DNA from: Acidimicrobiia bacterium | Lineage (GTDB): Bacteria > Actinomycetota > Acidimicrobiia > Spongiisociales > UBA11373 | NCBI GenBank assembly: GCA_040878325.1 | Contig: JBBDMM010000012.1 | Coordinates: forward strand, 124,001-188,000 | DNA: 64,000 bases | Direction: 5' to 3' | In this document: positions 59,701 to 64,000 of the stretch, one piece after another | Layout of the letters: the number at the start of each line of letters is the position of its first letter | Position numbering within the stretch: the first letter of the stretch is position 1 | The notes under the pieces: model-generated | What the model was told of the DNA's origin: nothing | The model's input: the letters and a program-made list of their open reading frames with translations, nothing else | The model's database searches: none | Translations under genes and position numbers: made by a program

Positions 59701-60450
59701 TCAGCTGCGGAGCGCGACGTAGGCGGCGCGGGCCACCGCGTAGGCCTTGGCAGCTCTGACGATGGCAGCGCCGGCTACACGCGACCCGTCCGACTTCTCC
59801 ACGACCACGGTCACCACCTCGGATCCGTCCACGGTCGCCGCCGACACCCACAGCATTCGCTGCGGCTTGCCTTCGGCGAGTGCGCCCACCGCGGCCACGA
59901 TCGCTGCGGCCACGGCCTCGTCGGTGGTCGCCGCGGCGCGGCGACTGAACCGCTGACCGTCCGCGGCAACCGCAGTCACCGTCACCCCGTCAGCCGCCTC
60001 CTCGTAGGCGAGTGCGGCCAGAGTGCGGCCACTCCCGGAGGCGTCCTGGGGCCGACCTGGGGAAGGAGCAACCGCCGCGGGCGCGGACTCGACGACAGGA
60101 GTCGAGGGCGGTTCACTCCTGACATCCTCAGCGCGAGGTGGATCGGCTGCAGGCCGTGGTGGTGCGAGCGCCTCTGGAGTGGGCGGTGGGGCTTCTGGAC
60201 GAGGCGGGACCGCCCCGGGGGAGAACGGCAGGCTCACCACCGGAGCGAGGTCGTCGTGGTCTCCCGCCACCCGCGAGCGCATGCCATGTGACGCCAGCAC
60301 CCGCTGCACCATCGCTCCGATCGCCTGTGGATCGGCGTCCGGACGCAGCCGAACCCGGACACCGGAAGGCGACCCGCCTTCGGCGTCCACCTCGGCATCG
60401 GCGATGCCGGGCAAGGCCATCAATTCATCACGAAGGCTGTCGGAGGCCAC
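59701..60450 (-). CDS. Hypothetical protein: N-terminal domain, Pro-rich linker, alpha/beta C-terminal domain
   Basis: GGAG RBS before GTG 60450; LMALPGIADAEV N-term; VAGAAIV...AVARAAYVAL C-term. Confidence 0.7.
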   Translation of the reverse strand: MASDSLRDELMALPGIADAEVDAEGGSPSGVRVRLRPDADPQAIGAMVQRVLASHGMRSRVAGDHDDLAPVVSLPFSPGAVPPRPEAPPPTPEALAPPRPAADPPRAEDVRSEPPSTPVVESAPAAVAPSPGRPQDASGSGRTLAALAYEEAADGVTVTAVAADGQRFSRRAAATTDEAVAAAIVAAVGALAEGKPQRMLWVSAATVDGSEVVTVVVEKSDGSRVAGAAIVRAAKAYAVARAAYVALRS

Positions 60451-60635
60451 CGGCCACTCCCTCTGCTGTTCCCCGTCGATCGATCCTGGTCACAGAGAGT
60501 AGTCACATCTACCACACTCTGTCACGGGGTTCTTCGACCCGGACCGCTCCCCTGCCCGCCCGGGAGGCGTGTCCATTCGCAATGCGCATCCTCCGGCCAC
60601 TGATAGGCTCTCCCGCCACGAGACGAGGAGGCTCA

Positions 60636-61613
60636 GTGACGTCCCAACTGGCCCAGGACGAACTCGCCTGGTTCGCCGATCGGTTCGACGCGGTCGCCGC
60701 GAACATCGAACGCGTCATCCAGGGGAAGCGCGAGGCCGTCGACCTGGTGGTGATGAGCATGCTGTCGGAGGGCCATGTGCTGATCGAGGACGTCCCCGGA
60801 GTCGGCAAGACGCTGCTGGCCAAGTCGCTTGCCCGAAGCATTCACTGCGGTTTCACCCGCATCCAGTTCACCCCCGACCTGCTGCCCAGCGACATCACCG
60901 GGGTCTCAGTCTGGGACCGGGAGCGCAGCGGCTTCGTGTTCCGCGCCGGACCGGTGTTCACGAACATCGTCCTCGGCGACGAGATCAACCGGGCGAGCCC
61001 GAAGACCCAGTCGGCGCTGCTCGAGGCCATGGAGGAGCACCAGGTGACCGTCGACGGCACCACCCGGGAACTGCCGGCTCCGTTCATGGTCATCGCCACC
61101 CAGAACCCGATCGAGCACGAGGGCACCTATCCCCTGCCCGAATCCCAGCTCGACCGGTTCATGATGCGGGTGATCATGGGCTACCCCTCCCGGGCCAAGG
61201 AGCTCGAGATCCTCGAGACCCACGGACGGCAGTCTTCCTATACCGACCTGGAGCCGGTGGTGACCGCGGACGACGTGCAACAGATGATCGGTATCGCTCG
61301 GCGGGTTCATGTCTCCGATCCGGTGAAGGAGTACCTCGTCGACACGGTGGAGGCAACCCGCCACGACCCCGACCTCCTGCTCGGCGCCTCACCGCGAGCC
61401 ACGCTGTACCTGCAGCGGGCGGCGCGGACCCGGGCGGCGGTTGCTGGTCGAGGATATGTGACGCCGGACGACGTGAAGGCGATCCTGCGCCCGGTGCTGA
61501 CCCACCGTTTGATCATGCGGCCGGAAGCGCAGATGCGAGGCTCCGAAATCGACGAGATCCTCGACGGCGTCGCCGCCGGGATCCCCGTACCGGGGAGCGG
61601 GGTCAGGGCCTGA
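60636..61613 (+). CDS. MoxR family AAA+ ATPase
   Basis: EDVPGVGKT, RIQFTPDLLPSD, DEINRASPKTQSALLEAM, ATQNPIE, LDRF; GAGGAGG RBS. Confidence 0.96.
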   Translation: MTSQLAQDELAWFADRFDAVAANIERVIQGKREAVDLVVMSMLSEGHVLIEDVPGVGKTLLAKSLARSIHCGFTRIQFTPDLLPSDITGVSVWDRERSGFVFRAGPVFTNIVLGDEINRASPKTQSALLEAMEEHQVTVDGTTRELPAPFMVIATQNPIEHEGTYPLPESQLDRFMMRVIMGYPSRAKELEILETHGRQSSYTDLEPVVTADDVQQMIGIARRVHVSDPVKEYLVDTVEATRHDPDLLLGASPRATLYLQRAARTRAAVAGRGYVTPDDVKAILRPVLTHRLIMRPEAQMRGSEIDEILDGVAAGIPVPGSGVRA

Positions 61614-62782
61614 TGCCGACGGGCCGGGGCTGGTCCGCCATCGGAGTATCCGCCAGCCTCTTCGTCCTGTGGGCGGCGTTCGGTGAGAACGACCTGATGA
61701 CCACGGCGGTGTTCTTGATCGCCGCGGTATTGGTCGGCCTGCTCTTCGTGCGCATGGTCACCCCGGAAGTAGCGGTGTGGAGGCGGATCACTCCGGCCCA
61801 AGTCCACGAGGGCGACACAGTGATCATCGACATGGATTTGATCGCGGCACGCCGCCTCCGCAACGTCTCTCTCGAAGACACCGTCCACGGGCTGGGTACC
61901 GCACGCTTCGCCGCCGGCTCCGCGCGTCCCCGCGAGCCGCTGACCGGACGGTACGAAGTCCGCTGCCGCGGCCGGGGCATCTTCCCGGTAGGGCCGCTGG
62001 TCCTTTCGGTCTCGGACCCGTTCTCGCTGGCGGAGCGTCGCTCGAGCATCGGCGAGGTCGACCGCCTCACGGTCTATCCGCGGATCGAAGCGCTCGTCGG
62101 ACTGCCGGTGGTGAGGGGACTCGACCCCACGGTCAACTCGACCCGGCCGACGTCGGCCCCCTTCGGCGGAGAGGACTTCTTCACCCTCCGCGAGTACCAG
62201 GTTGGCGACGACCTTCGCAAAGTCCATTGGCCCAGTTCGGCGAAGCGCGACGAGTTGATGATCAAGCAGCTCGAGGTGCCGTGGCAGAACCGGGCGCTGG
62301 TGCTGCTCGACACTCGCTCTCACCGCTATCCGATCCCGGAGGCCTTCGAACAGGCGGTGCGAGGAGCTGCCTCCGCGTTTGTCCACCTCCACCGGGCCGG
62401 ATTCAGCCCCGAGTTATGGTCGGGCGTCCGCACGCGCAGCCGGTCGTTGAATCGCTACGCCGAGGCGATGGAGACACTTGCGACCATCCATGCAGGTGAC
62501 CGCCTCGACCTTCGCAACACAGTGAGCCGGCTTCTGCGGCACGGCGGCGGAGGCGGTGCCCTGGTCCTGGTGACCGGTACGCCGGACGAGGGCTTGCGGG
62601 GAGCCCACCGGTTGCTCGCCGGCCAGTTCAGCCAGACGATCGTGATGGCAGTCACCGACGATCCCGACACCGCTTCCTCGCGGCTCCTCGGCATGAACGC
62701 GGTGACCGTCACCATCGGGACCCAGGGCCGCTGGGCGCCCTCGTGGCGGGCGGCGATGGAGGTGACATGGGCTACCGCCTGA
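61613..62782 (+). CDS. DUF58 domain protein
   Basis: N-term TMs, RGRGIF, DPFSL, VYPR, LREYQVGDDLRKVHWPSSAK. Confidence 0.92.
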   Translation: MPTGRGWSAIGVSASLFVLWAAFGENDLMTTAVFLIAAVLVGLLFVRMVTPEVAVWRRITPAQVHEGDTVIIDMDLIAARRLRNVSLEDTVHGLGTARFAAGSARPREPLTGRYEVRCRGRGIFPVGPLVLSVSDPFSLAERRSSIGEVDRLTVYPRIEALVGLPVVRGLDPTVNSTRPTSAPFGGEDFFTLREYQVGDDLRKVHWPSSAKRDELMIKQLEVPWQNRALVLLDTRSHRYPIPEAFEQAVRGAASAFVHLHRAGFSPELWSGVRTRSRSLNRYAEAMETLATIHAGDRLDLRNTVSRLLRHGGGGGALVLVTGTPDEGLRGAHRLLAGQFSQTIVMAVTDDPDTASSRLLGMNAVTVTIGTQGRWAPSWRAAMEVTWATA

Positions 62783-64000
62783 CATGGGTGGCAGGGGTCG
62801 CCGCCATCTCTCTCGCGCTGGCACGGGTGGCGCGCCTACTTCTTCCCTCGTCGAGCGGGCTCCCCTGGGAGATCCTGCTCATCGCCGCCGCGGTACTGGG
62901 GGCAACGATTACCTGGGCGGCGGCGGCCTACCGGGTGCCGGGGGCGTTGCTCGCCATCATCCACCTCGCCGCGATGACGGTAACGGTCGTCCGGGTGGCG
63001 GTTCCGGACACGACCTGGTTCATCTTCCCGACCCGCGCCTCCTTCACCGCGTTGGGCGCCGAGCTCACCTTTGCGCGCGATGTGATTCGGGCGGGCATCG
63101 CTCCGGTCCTCCCGCTCGCCGGGCTCGTCGCCATCCTTGCCATCGTGTTCTGGGCGATGGGCGCCCTCCTCGCGTGGGGCCTGCTCACCGGCCGACCCTA
63201 CGTCGCGGTCCTGACCCCTCTCGTCGTGTATCTCGAGTTCGCGGTCCTCGACAGCCGCATCGGCGGCTTGTGGACCACGGGATACATGGCGTTGATCGGC
63301 TTCACCCTCATCGCGGTGACGATCGACCATCGGCGGGAAGGCACCGGCCTGTTGAAATCGGCCAGGCGGGGAGGACGCCTCCGACGAACGATCCCGCTCG
63401 TCGGGCTGACGACGCTGCTCGCCACGGTGCTGGTGGCGAGCAATGCCAGCCAGGCGATAGCCGACCTCGTGCCACGGAGAGGATTCCTCGACTGGCAGGG
63501 CACCAGCAAGCTGTCCGGCGATTTCTTCGGCAGCATCGCCTACAACCCGTTCGTCGGCATCCAGCAGAGCCTCGTCGCCCAGACGAATGTGCCCGTGTTC
63601 GTGTTCGAGCCCGAGTCGGGGCACCCGGCCGACCAGGTGTACTGGCGGCTGTTGACACTCGACGCGTTCGACGGAGATCAATGGCACGCGGGCAACTCCC
63701 GCCTCGAGGGATTCGACGAGGTGGCGACCTTCGAGGCTCGGGGCGCCGCCTTTGCCGGACCCCGGTCGAGCTTCCGGGCCACGGTGACGATCCTCGCCCT
63801 GCAAATGGATTGGCTGCCGGCGCCGTACGCCCCGGTGTCTCTCGACACCGACGAGGACTCGGTACGCAGCGGAATCCGCTTGCGTCCGGGCGACGGGTCG
63901 ATCCACTTCGACGCCCTGACCTTCCGGGGGATGGCTTACACCGTCGAATCGGAGATCCCGCAGCCGAGCATCGACATCCTCAGCCGGCTTGACGATGGCA
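62767..64000 (+). CDS. DUF3488/transglutaminase-family membrane protein (partial, runs off window end)
   Basis: Manual translation from ATG 62767 (MGYRLTWVAGVAAISLAL...), multiple TMs, YNPFVGI, YWRLLTLDAFDG..W, WLPAPYAP; follows MoxR-DUF58. Confidence 0.85.
   Translation, partial: MGYRLTWVAGVAAISLALARVARLLLPSSSGLPWEILLIAAAVLGATITWAAAAYRVPGALLAIIHLAAMTVTVVRVAVPDTTWFIFPTRASFTALGAELTFARDVIRAGIAPVLPLAGLVAILAIVFWAMGALLAWGLLTGRPYVAVLTPLVVYLEFAVLDSRIGGLWTTGYMALIGFTLIAVTIDHRREGTGLLKSARRGGRLRRTIPLVGLTTLLATVLVASNASQAIADLVPRRGFLDWQGTSKLSGDFFGSIAYNPFVGIQQSLVAQTNVPVFVFEPESGHPADQVYWRLLTLDAFDGDQWHAGNSRLEGFDEVATFEARGAAFAGPRSSFRATVTILALQMDWLPAPYAPVSLDTDEDSVRSGIRLRPGDGSIHFDALTFRGMAYTVESEIPQPSIDILSRLDDG

Noticed and set aside
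60636..64000. MoxR-DUF58-transglutaminase as a novel system
   Set aside because: Well-known conserved triad, often found near mraZ in Actinomycetota.

Overview
High-GC chromosomal core region of an Actinomycetota bacterium; gene content and order suggest Acidimicrobiia, which is an inference. Mostly on the minus strand, it holds a near-complete dcw cluster (mraZ-rsmH-ftsL-ftsI-murE-murF-mraY-murD-ftsW-murG-murC-murB-ftsQ-ftsZ-pgeF-yggS-sepF-yggT, with no divIVA after yggT) and an oppositely oriented type-2 ileS with a translational T-box. It also carries DUF167-dksA-lspA-rluA, a DUF2090-pfkA pair, dnaE, an ArsA/Get3-like pair, a two-domain thyX, nth, transporters, a two-component system, nadE, tRNA-Leu(CAA), polA, rpsA, coaE, uvrB, tatA, partial uvrA and a MoxR-DUF58-transglutaminase triad. 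No CRISPR, IS or prophage was seen. The most unusual signals are: (1) about 11 intergenic loci of tandem 7-bp repeats with several different unit sequences, often as inverted pairs that start right at a stop codon and bracket genes that interrupt conserved gene order; (2) IleRS fused in frame to a Lys-rich linker plus a DUF2188-like domain, with an HFGN signature; (3) a catalytically degenerate serine-recombinase domain with no DNA-binding domain and a possible SOS box; (4) a standalone DUF2090 aldolase-like gene coupled to pfkA; (5) an orphan CpaE/MinD-like ATPase. All family calls come from motif recognition by eye; no database searches were run.
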